DNA of 64,000 nt from Sumerlaeia bacterium (lineage in GTDB: Bacteria > Sumerlaeota > Sumerlaeia > SLMS01 > JAHLLQ01), in the NCBI GenBank assembly GCA_040219255.1, contig JAVJSW010000049.1, positions 64,001-128,000 of the forward strand, in the 5' to 3' direction. Below are positions 18,603 to 28,288 of this stretch, one piece after another; position 1 is the stretch's first letter, and each line of letters starts with the position of its first letter. Position numbers and translations under genes: made by a program. The notes under the pieces are model-generated. The model was not told the DNA's origin. It searched no databases and saw nothing but the letters and a program-made list of their open reading frames with translations.

Positions 18603-19934
18603 ATGACGAATCCCGCATCCGCCAGCGTGCCCCTCGACCGCCGCAAAGTCTGGTCCTGGGCCCTTTACGATTGGGCCAACAGCGCCTTCGCCACGACGGT
18701 GATGGTCGCTTTCTTTCCCGTTTTCTATAAGAGCTATCTGCGCGGCGGGGTCGAGGACGCCGTGTCCTCCAAGGAACTGCTCATCGCCATCTCGATCTCC
18801 GGCATCCTCATCGCCCTCAGCGCCCCCTTCCTGGGCGCCATCGCGGACCGCGGCGGGGCCAAGAAGCGCCTCCTCGCCGTCTTCGCTTCCCTGGGCGTCC
18901 TGACCACGGCGCTGCTCGGCTTCTCCTCGCCGGCCTTCGGGCTGGTGGCATTGGTGGTCTTTGTGCTGGCCAACATCGGATTCAGCGGCGCCAACATTTT
19001 CTACGACTCCCTCCTGCCAGCCGTCGCCCCCGACGAAAAAAGCGACTCCGTCTCCGCCTTCGGTTTCGCCCTCGGCTACCTCGGCGGGGGCGTGCTCTTC
19101 GCCGTCAACGTCGTCATGCTGTCCATGCACGAGAAGCTCGGCATCGAACAAGAAACCGCGACAAAACTCTCCTTCCTCAGCGTCGCCGCATGGTGGGCGT
19201 TGTTCTCGATTCCGCTCTTCAAGGGAGTTCCCGAGCCGGAAGTTTCCGGCGGGAAAGTGCCGATGCGCGACGCCGCGCGTGCGGGCTGGCTTCAGTTGAA
19301 GCAGACCCTCGCTCATATCATGCGGGTCAAGAACGTGTTCCTGTTCCTGATTGCTTATTTGCTTTATATCGATGGCGTGAATACGGTCATGAAGACCGCC
19401 ACGACCATCGGAACCTCCATCGGCATTGGGGCGCCGGATATGATGAAGGCGATCCTGATGATCCAGTTCATCGGCTTTCCTGCCGCCATCGCCTTTGGCT
19501 ATCTCGGCGAGAAGATCGGCACCCGCAAAGGCATCCTGATCGCCATCGGAGTGTACGGCCTCATTGTGATCGGGGCGTCTCAACTGCGCGAGAACTGGCA
19601 CTTCTACGCCCTCGCCGCGGGGGTTGGCCTCGTGCAGGGCGGCGTCCAGTCGCTCTCTCGGTCCTACTTCTCGCGCATCATTCCGGCGGGCAAGGCGGGC
19701 GAGTTCTTCGGCTTCTACAATATGCTCGGCAAGTTCGCCACCGTCTTCGGCCCCATCCTGATCAGCCTCGGTCTGGTGATCGCGGGCAGAGCGGGGCTCG
19801 AAGGCCCCGACGCCACCCGCGCCGCTATGCCGTCACTGCTGATTCTGTTCGTGGCCGGCGGCGTCCTGCTGTGGAAAGTCCGCGATCCGGACGCCAAGCC
19901 CTCCCCCGCCGAGGACGGCGAGGCCGTTGCCTGA
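18603..19934 (+). CDS. MFS transporter (UMF1/Atg22 family)
   Basis: WSWALYDWANSAF, PFLGAIADRGGAKK, QGGVQSLSRSYFSRIIP...EFFGFY; about 12 TM helices. Confidence 0.92.
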   Translation: MTNPASASVPLDRRKVWSWALYDWANSAFATTVMVAFFPVFYKSYLRGGVEDAVSSKELLIAISISGILIALSAPFLGAIADRGGAKKRLLAVFASLGVLTTALLGFSSPAFGLVALVVFVLANIGFSGANIFYDSLLPAVAPDEKSDSVSAFGFALGYLGGGVLFAVNVVMLSMHEKLGIEQETATKLSFLSVAAWWALFSIPLFKGVPEPEVSGGKVPMRDAARAGWLQLKQTLAHIMRVKNVFLFLIAYLLYIDGVNTVMKTATTIGTSIGIGAPDMMKAILMIQFIGFPAAIAFGYLGEKIGTRKGILIAIGVYGLIVIGASQLRENWHFYALAAGVGLVQGGVQSLSRSYFSRIIPAGKAGEFFGFYNMLGKFATVFGPILISLGLVIAGRAGLEGPDATRAAMPSLLILFVAGGVLLWKVRDPDAKPSPAEDGEAVA

Positions 19935-21462
19935 GGCGCGGCGCAAGGCAACGCGGGCGCGGCGCCGCTGGCCGCCGCTGGGGCTGGCGGTGGCGGGCGC
20001 TCTCGTGCTGGCCTACGCCCTGTGGATCGCCGCGACGGTGCTGGAGTGCTGGCCCATCTGGCCCGCCGAGGCCTCGCCCTACGACTGGGGCACCATGTGG
20101 CCGCCGGACCCGTCGCAGCCTTACTATTTCGCCAAGAACCCGAACCTGAGCTGGGGCTGGGAGCAGTTCCTCATGTTCCCGGCGGGGGTTCGCTGGGCCT
20201 CGGTGGTGGCCTTGGCCCTCGCGGCCGGGGGCTTGCTGGCGGCGGGGCGCAGGCCGGTGGCGTGGCTGAGGAGGCTGGAGGGCGCCTCGCGAGAGATTGG
20301 CGCCCACCGCTTGGGCCCGGCTCTGATGGCGACGATTTTCGTGGCTGTGGCGGTGCTTTTTCGCCAGAGGCGATTCTGGGGAGACTGGGCGCTGTTTTCG
20401 TTGAAGCCGCTCGTGGACCCCTTCTGGACCATCGACACGCCGCTGCCCTTCTGGCGGTCGCCCATGGCTTATGGGACGCAAGAAGCGCTCATCGCCACGC
20501 TGCACGGCGCGCTCGGGCTCCCCGCGTCCATGGCGCTGCGCGTGGGGCCGCTGGCGGCGGGGCTGGTGTGGGTCTTCGGGTTGTGGGAGGCCGCGCGCCA
20601 ACTCTTCCCCGGGGCCCGCTGGCGGGGACTGCTGTTCTTCGCGGTGGTGCTCAGCTACGGCCTCACCGTGCTGGCGTTCGGCTACTTCGAGGCCTATCCC
20701 TTCTCGAACGCCATCCTGTTGTGGTATGTGGCGAGTTCGCTGCGGGCCCTGCGCGAGCGCCGCATGCCCTACGCCGCCGGGTTCTGGATGGGCGTGGCCT
20801 GTCTTTATCACCCTCAGAACCTGCTCTACGCACCGGGACTGGCGCTGCCGTGGGCGTTGGCGGCGGGCGGGGGCCTGGCATGGAACCGTGCCGCCGGCTG
20901 GCTGAGGCGCATCGCCGGGGGGCTGGGCGTTTGGGCGCTGATGCTGGTCCCGGTGGGACTGTTCCTGCTGGTGCAGGAAGCCCGCGGCATGGGGCTGGAG
21001 ACCATCGCCATCGGCTTCGAAGGCACCGTCTTCGTGCCCGGCGAGGCAGCGGTCGCGGTGGAGCGTTGGCGGGCCCTGCTCCAGGTCTCGCTCCGGGTCC
21101 TGCCCCTCTTTCCGATCCTGGCGGTCTGCGCGGTTTTGCTCGCCGGGCGCTTGCCCTGGCGCAACGCGCGGTTCGTCTGGCTGGCCCTGCAGGTGCCCTT
21201 CGCCGCCTGGATTCTTCTGGTGATCGAAAACCGGCTGCCGCTCTGGTACGATTGGGACCTGATGTCTCCGCACTTGACGATGCTGGGGTTGTGGTGCGCG
21301 GCGGGGCTGGCGGGGTTGAGATACCGGGTGCGATGGGTGGTTTTGGCGGCTATCCTGGTGGTCGTTTTCCAGGTCTGGGTCCTAGGCTTCTGGCTGGGGC
21401 GAAACGCCGTCGCCGACCCGCAGCAGCGCGCCGCCATGGAATTTTATGGGCTTGCGTATTGA
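19927..21462 (+). CDS. Hypothetical polytopic membrane protein (possibly GT-C-like)
   Basis: 511-aa, very hydrophobic, Trp-rich ORF with GC-rich codon usage, overlapping the MFS stop. The family assignment is speculative. Confidence 0.6.
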   Translation: MPEARRKATRARRRWPPLGLAVAGALVLAYALWIAATVLECWPIWPAEASPYDWGTMWPPDPSQPYYFAKNPNLSWGWEQFLMFPAGVRWASVVALALAAGGLLAAGRRPVAWLRRLEGASREIGAHRLGPALMATIFVAVAVLFRQRRFWGDWALFSLKPLVDPFWTIDTPLPFWRSPMAYGTQEALIATLHGALGLPASMALRVGPLAAGLVWVFGLWEAARQLFPGARWRGLLFFAVVLSYGLTVLAFGYFEAYPFSNAILLWYVASSLRALRERRMPYAAGFWMGVACLYHPQNLLYAPGLALPWALAAGGGLAWNRAAGWLRRIAGGLGVWALMLVPVGLFLLVQEARGMGLETIAIGFEGTVFVPGEAAVAVERWRALLQVSLRVLPLFPILAVCAVLLAGRLPWRNARFVWLALQVPFAAWILLVIENRLPLWYDWDLMSPHLTMLGLWCAAGLAGLRYRVRWVVLAAILVVVFQVWVLGFWLGRNAVADPQQRAAMEFYGLAY

Positions 21463-21557
21463 AAAGGGTCTGAATCATAGATGCGCCACAATTTTCCCTC
21501 GCTAAACTATTTTCCTTCCACTCATTGCTTGGATTTCGAACAGGACCGCTCAAAAGT

Positions 21558-23468
21558 ATGACCACTTCATTCACTCGACTTGTGGCGTGTTGCGCGGCGC
21601 TGGCGCTGGCGGGCACGGCACTGGCCCAAGTTCCCGCTTCCCCCCGGCGCCAGAAGCCCGATCCCGCAGCCAAGCGCGCGACCTCCATTCCCCTCTGCGG
21701 AATGCACTTGGTGAAGCCGAAAATGCGCCCGCTCTTCGCCGACACCACGGCTTTCAAGGGCACCCCCATCGCCGAGGCCGAACCCAACAATATCCCCGCC
21801 AACGCCACACCCACCCCCCTGGGCCGCGGCGTCAGTCAGACCCTTACCGTCAGCGTCTCCGGCGTCATGACGGTGACTCCCAGTTCGAACACGCCGATCA
21901 CCACCTCGGAAGAAAACGGCTCGATCCCGACCGCCACGAACACCGGGCTGTCCAGCAGCAACGAAGGCCAGGTGACCGTGACCTCCGACATCGGCGTGCT
22001 GCCCGCCACCGGCGATTTCGACCACTACCGGGTCAGCGCCGTCGCCGGCCAAACCATCACCGCGGAAACGACGACTCCGGCCTCGGGTCTCGATACCATC
22101 ATCGACCTCTACGACAGTTCGGGCAACCTCCTGGCCTCGAACGACGACAGGGGGATCGGCGATACCGACTCGATCGTCACATGGCCGGTTACAGCCGACG
22201 GGGACTACTACATTTCCGTCACCGGCTATCCGACCCTTCAACTGGATCCATTCGATCCCAATTCCGGCGACGGCCCCCCGGATACCACCGGCACCTACAA
22301 CCTCGTGATCGATCTGAGCACCTCCGATCTGGACCTGTTCGCCGTCGACGTCGCGGCCGGCGATTTGCTCAGCGTGCGCATCAACAATGGCTCGGCGGCC
22401 GGTCAGATTTCGGTCTTCGACTCCGCCGGCACACTGCGCGCCAGCACCACCGAGAACGTCGTCTCCTTCAGTCCCCCGCCGCTCACCGCCCCCGTGCTTC
22501 AGGGCGGCACCGTCACCTTCTCGCAGATCATCGAGACGGCGGGCACCTACTACGTCGGCTTCTCCGTCGGCGAAGGCGCCTACACCGCCGACATCCAGGT
22601 CGGCTATCCCGGCGCCATCGACGCCCCCCTCGGCACCGAGCAGATTCTCTTCCTCGACTTCGATGGCGCCACCATCAACGCCGCGGCGCTGTTTGGCTCC
22701 GGCAGTTCCAACGCGGTCATGTCGCCCCTCTCGTCCTTCCTCACCGGCTGGGGCCTCGCTCCCTCCGAGGAGAGCGACCTGATCGACGCCATCATCGCCG
22801 TGGTGGAAGAAAACCTCATCGACGACCTGCGCGACAGCGGACTCAATGGCGATTACGCCACCACTGGCATCCCCGGCGAATTCGCCCTCACTATCCTCAA
22901 CAGCCGGGATGACCCGGACCCCTTCGGCCAGCCCAACGTCAGCCGCGTGATCGTCGGCGGCACCATCGCCGAAACCGGCGTCCCCACCGTCGGCATCGCC
23001 GAGTCCATCGACGTCGGCAACTTCTATCGCGCCGAAACCGCCATCGTCCTCCTGGACAACCTCTCGGATCCGGACACCGACAACCCCAACAGCGCCAACG
23101 CCTACGGCGTGCAAGCCCCCTACACCAAAATCCAAGCGGTGGCCCAGGTCGTCGGCAACATCGTCGCCCACGAAGCCGGCCACTACTTCGGCTGCTGGCA
23201 CACCGATCAGTTCAACGTCCAGCCTGAACTCATGGACCAGGGCGGCAATCCGGTGAATACCTTCGGCCCCGGACCCGACCAGACCTTCGGCACCCCCGAC
23301 GATGTGGACGTCGATTTCGGCATCGACGTCTTCAATGGGGATGAGGGCGTTTACTTCGGGAACGAAAATAACCTCAGCGCCATCATCTTCGGCCTCTCCA
23401 CTGGTGCCGACGGCAACCCCGGTGTCATTCCCAGCACGGCCGACAGCTCCTTCTGGCAGCTTTACTAA
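21558..23468 (+). CDS. Secreted metzincin-type metallopeptidase with PPC domains
   Basis: Signal peptide ...LAGTALA|Q; PPC-like DFDHYRV...LDTIIDLYDSSGNLLASNDD...GDYYISV; HEAGHYFGCWH (HExxHxxGxxH) with Met-turn ELMD; ends SSFWQLY. Confidence 0.82.
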   Translation: MTTSFTRLVACCAALALAGTALAQVPASPRRQKPDPAAKRATSIPLCGMHLVKPKMRPLFADTTAFKGTPIAEAEPNNIPANATPTPLGRGVSQTLTVSVSGVMTVTPSSNTPITTSEENGSIPTATNTGLSSSNEGQVTVTSDIGVLPATGDFDHYRVSAVAGQTITAETTTPASGLDTIIDLYDSSGNLLASNDDRGIGDTDSIVTWPVTADGDYYISVTGYPTLQLDPFDPNSGDGPPDTTGTYNLVIDLSTSDLDLFAVDVAAGDLLSVRINNGSAAGQISVFDSAGTLRASTTENVVSFSPPPLTAPVLQGGTVTFSQIIETAGTYYVGFSVGEGAYTADIQVGYPGAIDAPLGTEQILFLDFDGATINAAALFGSGSSNAVMSPLSSFLTGWGLAPSEESDLIDAIIAVVEENLIDDLRDSGLNGDYATTGIPGEFALTILNSRDDPDPFGQPNVSRVIVGGTIAETGVPTVGIAESIDVGNFYRAETAIVLLDNLSDPDTDNPNSANAYGVQAPYTKIQAVAQVVGNIVAHEAGHYFGCWHTDQFNVQPELMDQGGNPVNTFGPGPDQTFGTPDDVDVDFGIDVFNGDEGVYFGNENNLSAIIFGLSTGADGNPGVIPSTADSSFWQLY

Positions 23469-23508
23469 GACCCGGCCGCTCCCCTTTGGGCGGCGTCCAG
23501 GCCACACC

Positions 23509-24021
23509 TCAGGGCTGACTTCTCGAAGGCTCCTCCTCGCGGGGAGCCTTTGTTTTGTCATCGCTTTCGTTCTTGAACGCCTTCCTCTCGAACACGTTCA
23601 CCCCCCAGTTGATCAGGACGCCGAGAAACGCGAGCCCCACCGCGGTGATGTATTGTTCGAGCGCCGTGACCACGCCCACGCCGGTGACGAAGAAAATCGA
23701 CGCGGCGGTCGTCAGGTTCTGGACCTTGCCCTCGTCGTGGAGTTGAATGATCGTTCCCGCCCCGATAAAGCTGACGCCGATGATGATGGCCTGCAGCACG
23801 CGAATCGGATCCACTTCGATCTTGTCGCCGAGGCTTTCCATGAACTTGAGCGATGCGATGCGGGCGGCGTACACGAACAGCGCCGCCCCCGCGGACACGA
23901 ACATGTGCGTGCGCAGCCCCGCAGCCTTGTGGTGCCATTCGCGCTCCATGCCGACGATCCCGCCCAGAAGCGCCGCCAGGCCGATGTGAAGTAACGTGCC
24001 GAGTTCCGAATTCCAGTCCAT
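23509..24021 (-). CDS. MgtC/SapB family membrane protein
   Basis: GMERE...[47 protein letters not shown]. Confidence 0.92.
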   Translation of the reverse strand: MDWNSELGTLLHIGLAALLGGIVGMEREWHHKAAGLRTHMFVSAGAALFVYAARIASLKFMESLGDKIEVDPIRVLQAIIIGVSFIGAGTIIQLHDEGKVQNLTTAASIFFVTGVGVVTALEQYITAVGLAFLGVLINWGVNVFERKAFKNESDDKTKAPREEEPSRSQP

Positions 24022-24196
24022 CGTGCCGCCTGCTCCGTTCTCCAAATCATGGTGGAATTCCGTTAGGATACGTTCAGCAAGTCCCTCGCCAACGGGGACT
24101 TATCGCTTGAAGGCCGGCGCCCCTTGGCGGAATGCTTCCTCGCGGCGCGCGACCCGCGCCCCATCTTTGGAAAGGGCCCTGCCCCCCCACCCGATC

Positions 24197-24613
24197 ATGT
24201 CTTCCTCCACCGCCGATTACACCGCTTTGCTCGAACGGGTCAAATTCGACGACAAGGGCCTGCTGTCCTGTATCTGCCAGGACGCCGCCACGGGCGAGGT
24301 GCTGATGTTCGCCTTCATGAACCGCGAATCCCTCGCCATCACGCTCGAGCGCGGGCAGGCCTGCTACTGGAGCCGCTCGCGCCAGAAACTCTGGCTCAAG
24401 GGCGAATCGAGCGGCCACACGCAGAAAATCGTCGAAATGCGGCTCGATTGCGATGGCGACTGCTTGCTCATCAAGGTCGAGCAGCAGGGCGCCGCCTGCC
24501 ACACCGGCTATCGTTCGTGCTTCTACCGCCGCGTGGACGGCGGCTCGTGGGTCGAGGACGGCGAACGGGAACTCTCGCAGGACGAGATGGACAAGAAGTA
24601 CGGGAAGAAATAG
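24197..24613 (+). CDS. hisI: Phosphoribosyl-AMP cyclohydrolase
   Basis: [35 protein letters not shown]. Confidence 0.95.
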   Translation: MSSSTADYTALLERVKFDDKGLLSCICQDAATGEVLMFAFMNRESLAITLERGQACYWSRSRQKLWLKGESSGHTQKIVEMRLDCDGDCLLIKVEQQGAACHTGYRSCFYRRVDGGSWVEDGERELSQDEMDKKYGKK

Positions 24614-24689
24614 GGTAAGGGATCACCTGTTCGTCTTCGCGCCTCCAGGCGCGTGAGGCTCCGAAGACCGAGCGGCACCCGGCCTGTCC

Positions 24690-25277
24690 TCACAGCCCCC
24701 GGTGCGGTTCCGGCAGGGGCCGTTGGGCCTCGTAGATGTCGGCCGGCGGGTACCAGCCTTCCTCGTCCTGGATGCGGGCGATTTCCGCCAAAGCGAGGCG
24801 GAGCCACTCAGGGGGGTTCGGGACGGTGCAGCCGCGATGGTGCTCGAAAACGATAATCCGGATCGGCCCGGCGCCCTCGAACCCGTCGGCGATCCAGGAT
24901 TGGCCGTAGCGGTCGTAGCTCAGACAAAGCGGATCGCGCAGCGATTGCGTGATGTGAAGGCATTCGTGGGTGAGGCGAATGCGGCGGGCGAGGACGAAGT
25001 GGCTGATTGCCAGAATGGCAAGGGCCACGCAAGAAATCAGGATGAGCAGCAATCCCCCCACAACCCATTCCAGCTCCGTTGAGGCGCTGCCCTCCCGAAC
25101 GGCCTCGAAGCCAACGGCCAGGCCAAGGAGGGCCAGGGGCGGAACCACGCAGGTCCATCGATTGTAGTGCGCGGGCCAGTTCCAAATCTGAATGCGATTC
25201 GCCATCGCATCCGCCAGCCGGTCGGCGACAGGCGGTTGGACGAAGGGTTCGGTGCGGGTGGAGATTCCGATTTTCAT
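24690..25277 (-). CDS. Hypothetical membrane protein (2 TM)
   Basis: 3' part of ORF 24690..26321, with two hydrophobic helices (VVPPLALLGLAVG; VVGGLLLILISCVALAILAI). Start uncertain (25277 or 25316). Confidence 0.55.
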   Translation of the reverse strand: MKIGISTRTEPFVQPPVADRLADAMANRIQIWNWPAHYNRWTCVVPPLALLGLAVGFEAVREGSASTELEWVVGGLLLILISCVALAILAISHFVLARRIRLTHECLHITQSLRDPLCLSYDRYGQSWIADGFEGAGPIRIIVFEHHRGCTVPNPPEWLRLALAEIARIQDEEGWYPPADIYEAQRPLPEPHRGL

Positions 25278-25381
25278 GGGGTCGATCGAGAAGCCGCCGG
25301 ACGCGGAGGCGGCCATTCCATCCAGGGCGAGGTGTGGCCCCGTAGCTTTGCAAGAGTCGGGCTCGTTTTGACAAGGGCGAA

Positions 25382-27136
25382 TCAGCCATGGCACAAGTCT
25401 CTCCTTTTCAAAGGTTTTTGGCCGGGGCGAGGAGCGTGATGGAGGCTTTCGGCTTCGAAATCGGACCCGCTCCCTCGGCGCTGTGCCGAACGTTGGGCGA
25501 GGGCGGCGGCCCCGGCGGCGGCGTCGAGCGCGTCGTCGTGGGCGGTGCGGGGAAAGCGCGCCAGTTCCTCCCAGAACTCTTCCGGCAGGGTCTCGCCCAG
25601 CACCAGGCGGCCATTCGCCAGCAGCGGCTCCAGGGCGGCGATGCGGGCTTCTTTGCGGCGCGTGGGTTTGACGACTTCGATGACGAGATCGGCTCCAGGA
25701 AGGCCCTCGGCGCCGCGGCGCCGGCGCTCCTCTTCGATGGGCAGGGTCAGCAGTTCCTGGAACCCGGTGCCTTCCACGGCGAGGCGCTCGAAGGGCAGCT
25801 CCTCGTGCATGGCGAAGAGGGCGGCGACCTGCTCGCTCGGTTTGGCGCGTTTGACCCAGAGGTCGAGGAGGATGAGGAGGCCGCCCTCGGCCACCGCGAC
25901 GCGGGCGAGGGCGGCGAAGTCGCCTGTGCCTTGGGCGCGGCTCTTCCCAAGGGCCGAGTCGAGGAAGCCGAAGACGCGCAGGGGTCCCTCGACGCGGCGG
26001 GGAGGCTGGGCCGGGGCGCCGTGGCTGGCGGGCGGCAGGAGGTCGACGGCGCCGCCGGTGGCGGGGCGGGCGCGCCAGTAGCGCTCGGGTTCGAAGAGGG
26101 CGTCTTCGGGGCCGAGGGGCTGGTTCTGTTTCTCCTGATAGAAGGCGCGGCGGCCGTTGGCGATCATCTGGGCCATGAGGTGCTCGATGTCTTCGTGCTC
26201 GGGCCAGAGGACGGCGGTTCCGGCCTCCATGGCGCGGCGGTGCTCGAGGAAGTATCCCCGGGCGGCGGCGCGGCGGCCGGGGGTGGCCGGGTCCGAGAGC
26301 AGGCGGCGCCATTCCTCCCACGCGGGCGAGGGCGGCGGGAAGGCCTGGACGGATGGCAGGACGAGGCCTTCGAAGTCCGGGCGCCCGATGAGCGCGGGCA
26401 GTAGTCCGGCGGGATGGAGGATCGTGCCGACGGCCAGCATATGGGTAGCTCCGTCGCCGAGGTGCTCGATGACCTCGGCGAACCAGTCGTGGGTCTTGGC
26501 GCGGCGCCGGGGCGAATCGGCGGCGGCGGTGGATTCGGCGTCGTCGAGGATGATTTTCGTGGGGCGCCAGCCGTCGTGGCTGATGCCGCGCATTTCGGCG
26601 CCACAGCCAAAGGCTTCGACGCGGACGCCGCCCACAACGAGGGCGCGTTCGGTGCTCTCGACGTTGGCACGGCCGCAGAGTTCGGGATAGAAGCGGGTGA
26701 TGGCCCCCCGGCCCAGGAGTTCGGCGCGCAGGGCGGCGAGGCGCTGCTGGGCCTGGCGCTGGGTGGCGGAGACGAGGACGATGTAGCGCTCGCGGCGGTA
26801 GGCGAGGTCGTGGAGGACGAGGGCGAAGCTGGCGAGGGTGCTCTTGGCCGAACCGCGCGGAGCGGCCACGGCGAAGCGCAGCCCGGCGCGATCGGGAAAG
26901 GGGGGCTCGCCCATGCGCCGGTGCCAGGCGAAGAGCTGGCGGTGGAACGGCGCGAAGGGCAGGCGGGCGAAATCCGGCAGCGCCAGGCGGACGAAGAGCG
27001 GCAGGTCGGCGGCGGCGCGCTCGCGCAGGAGCGCCGGGTGCCGCCGCGGGTTAATCGTCTTCAGAAGCTGATGAAAGGTGGCCGGCGAGCAGGTCCGGAC
27101 CCAGTTTTTCGAGGTGGGCGAGGAAGTCGTCATCAT
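25382..27136 (-). CDS. Phage terminase large subunit (TerL), orphan
   Basis: Walker A AAPRGSAKST, MRG...RPTKIILDDAE (Walker B), coupling motif VGTILH, FYQEKQNQP, nuclease FLDSALG...GDFAA, KEARIAAL, FPRTAHDDALDA. Confidence 0.88.
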   Translation of the reverse strand: MMTTSSPTSKNWVRTCSPATFHQLLKTINPRRHPALLRERAAADLPLFVRLALPDFARLPFAPFHRQLFAWHRRMGEPPFPDRAGLRFAVAAPRGSAKSTLASFALVLHDLAYRRERYIVLVSATQRQAQQRLAALRAELLGRGAITRFYPELCGRANVESTERALVVGGVRVEAFGCGAEMRGISHDGWRPTKIILDDAESTAAADSPRRRAKTHDWFAEVIEHLGDGATHMLAVGTILHPAGLLPALIGRPDFEGLVLPSVQAFPPPSPAWEEWRRLLSDPATPGRRAAARGYFLEHRRAMEAGTAVLWPEHEDIEHLMAQMIANGRRAFYQEKQNQPLGPEDALFEPERYWRARPATGGAVDLLPPASHGAPAQPPRRVEGPLRVFGFLDSALGKSRAQGTGDFAALARVAVAEGGLLILLDLWVKRAKPSEQVAALFAMHEELPFERLAVEGTGFQELLTLPIEEERRRRGAEGLPGADLVIEVVKPTRRKEARIAALEPLLANGRLVLGETLPEEFWEELARFPRTAHDDALDAAAGAAALAQRSAQRRGSGSDFEAESLHHAPRPGQKPLKRRDLCHG

Positions 27137-27383
27137 CGGGGGTGGTCTCCGTGAGGGTGTTGAGGCGATGGGCGAGGAGTTCGATTTCGAGGAGGGTCTT
27201 GGTCATGGCGAAGGCATTCTTGAGTTCCGCCAGACGGTCCGGCGCCGGCAGGCGCGCGTGGGAGTTTTCGGCCTCGGAGAGGGAGGCGTCGAAGAGGGCG
27301 AGCCAGCGCTTGAGGAGCCCGTGGGCGAGATCGAGGGTGGGGCGCCATTGGGGCTCTTGGGGTGGAGGGGTTGGCTTGGACAT
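27051..27383 (-). CDS. Small helical protein, putative terminase small subunit
   Basis: 110-aa ORF directly upstream of terL, overlapping it by 86 nt; amphipathic helices. Assigned from position only. Confidence 0.55.
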   Translation of the reverse strand: MSKPTPPPQEPQWRPTLDLAHGLLKRWLALFDASLSEAENSHARLPAPDRLAELKNAFAMTKTLLEIELLAHRLNTLTETTPDDDDFLAHLEKLGPDLLAGHLSSASEDD

Positions 27384-27475
27384 GGGTGAGGGGGGCCTTT
27401 CGGTGGCGAGTTGGAAAGGCATGGAAACACAGACGGTTTCGTTTGTCCCCTCATGTGGAGCTTCGGGAGAAAGAA

Positions 27476-27554
27476 AGACAAAATACACTTATCAGACAAG
27501 ATTCACCTGTCAGACAAAACGCACCTATCAGACAAGACAGACCTGTCAGACAAG
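27476..27554. repeat. Tandem 18-bp repeat, about 4.4 copies (AGACAARAYDSACYTRTC)
   Basis: agacaaaatacacttatc / agacaagattcacctgtc / agacaaaacgcacctatc / agacaagacagacctgtc / agacaag. Confidence 0.9.
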
Positions 27555-27726
27555 TGGGCGAAAAGATCCGGTGCGGAGGAAAGCCCCCACGGCTGGACGG
27601 GGAGGCGGGCGGTGAAGAGGCCCGATTGTCCAGGTTTCCGAAAAGAAGCCTGGACACTGGGAAAGACGGCGCGGCGTTGGAAGGCAATAACTGGACACCA
27701 TGCCGGGAATTGTGAGCGGGAGGGAG

Positions 27727-27743
27727 TTGGCAAGAAGTCTGCT
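27727..27743 (+). promoter_or_regulatory. Possible sigma-54 (-24/-12) promoter upstream of the iscA-like gene
   Basis: TTGGCAAGAAGTCTGCT has GG-N10-GC spacing and 2 mismatches to TGGCACG-N4-TTGCW; about 90 nt before ATG 27836. Confidence 0.35.
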
Positions 27744-27835
27744 ACTCAGAGACGTGACGCGCCTTTTTGGCGCTTGGAATCACAGAACCCCCGAATTATC
27801 AACACTTTGCGAAGAGGCACAGGAGAGGTGGAGAG

Positions 27836-28159
27836 ATGATTGAGATCACTCCGAAAGCAGCGGATGAAGTGAAACGGCTTCTGAAGACGGAAGGCAAAGA
27901 GGACTGGGCGCTGCGGGTCGGCGTCGTGGGCGGTGGCTGTTCCGGGCTGAACTACACGCTGGCCTTCGACAAGGATCCGGGCAAGGCGGACACGGTTTTC
28001 GTGATCGATGGCATCCGGGTTCTGGTCGATCCAAAGGCCTACCTGTTTCTGAACGGCATGACCGTGGACTATTCCTCGGACCTTCTGAACGGCGGGTTCC
28101 GCTTCGTGAACCCGAACGCCAAGCGCACGTGCTCCTGCGGGACGTCGTTCGCGGTCTAA
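27836..28159 (+). CDS. iscA: Fe-S cluster assembly A-type carrier (IscA/HesB family)
   Basis: LRVGVVGGGCSGLNY, NPNAKRTCSCGTSF. Confidence 0.93.
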   Translation: MIEITPKAADEVKRLLKTEGKEDWALRVGVVGGGCSGLNYTLAFDKDPGKADTVFVIDGIRVLVDPKAYLFLNGMTVDYSSDLLNGGFRFVNPNAKRTCSCGTSFAV

Positions 28160-28187
28160 CGCACCGAAGCCAAACGAGAAGACCGGA

Positions 28188-28219
28188 AGCCGCTTGCTGA
28201 GAGCGGCTGTTTGGTTTTT
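28188..28219 (+). terminator. Rho-independent terminator after iscA
   Basis: Stem AGCCGCT-TGCTGAG-AGCGGCT followed by GTTTGGTTTTT. Confidence 0.6.
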
Positions 28220-28288
28220 AAGCCGATGGGTGAAAGAGAGACAGGGGTGGAAGCCGAGGCGCGGGCCCTGGGATGAAGGCCCCGGCGC

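Noticed and set aside
18441-19601. Apparent 770-aa M24 peptidase with long N-terminal extension
   Set aside because: The extension is antisense to the MFS gene; the real start is ATG 18440.
27476-27554. Possible mini-CRISPR array
   Set aside because: Contiguous 18-bp units with no unique spacers and no cas genes.
24690-28159. Intact prophage
   Set aside because: Only terminase genes are present; no integrase, portal, capsid, tail, lysis genes or att repeats seen. Reported instead as an orphan terminase.
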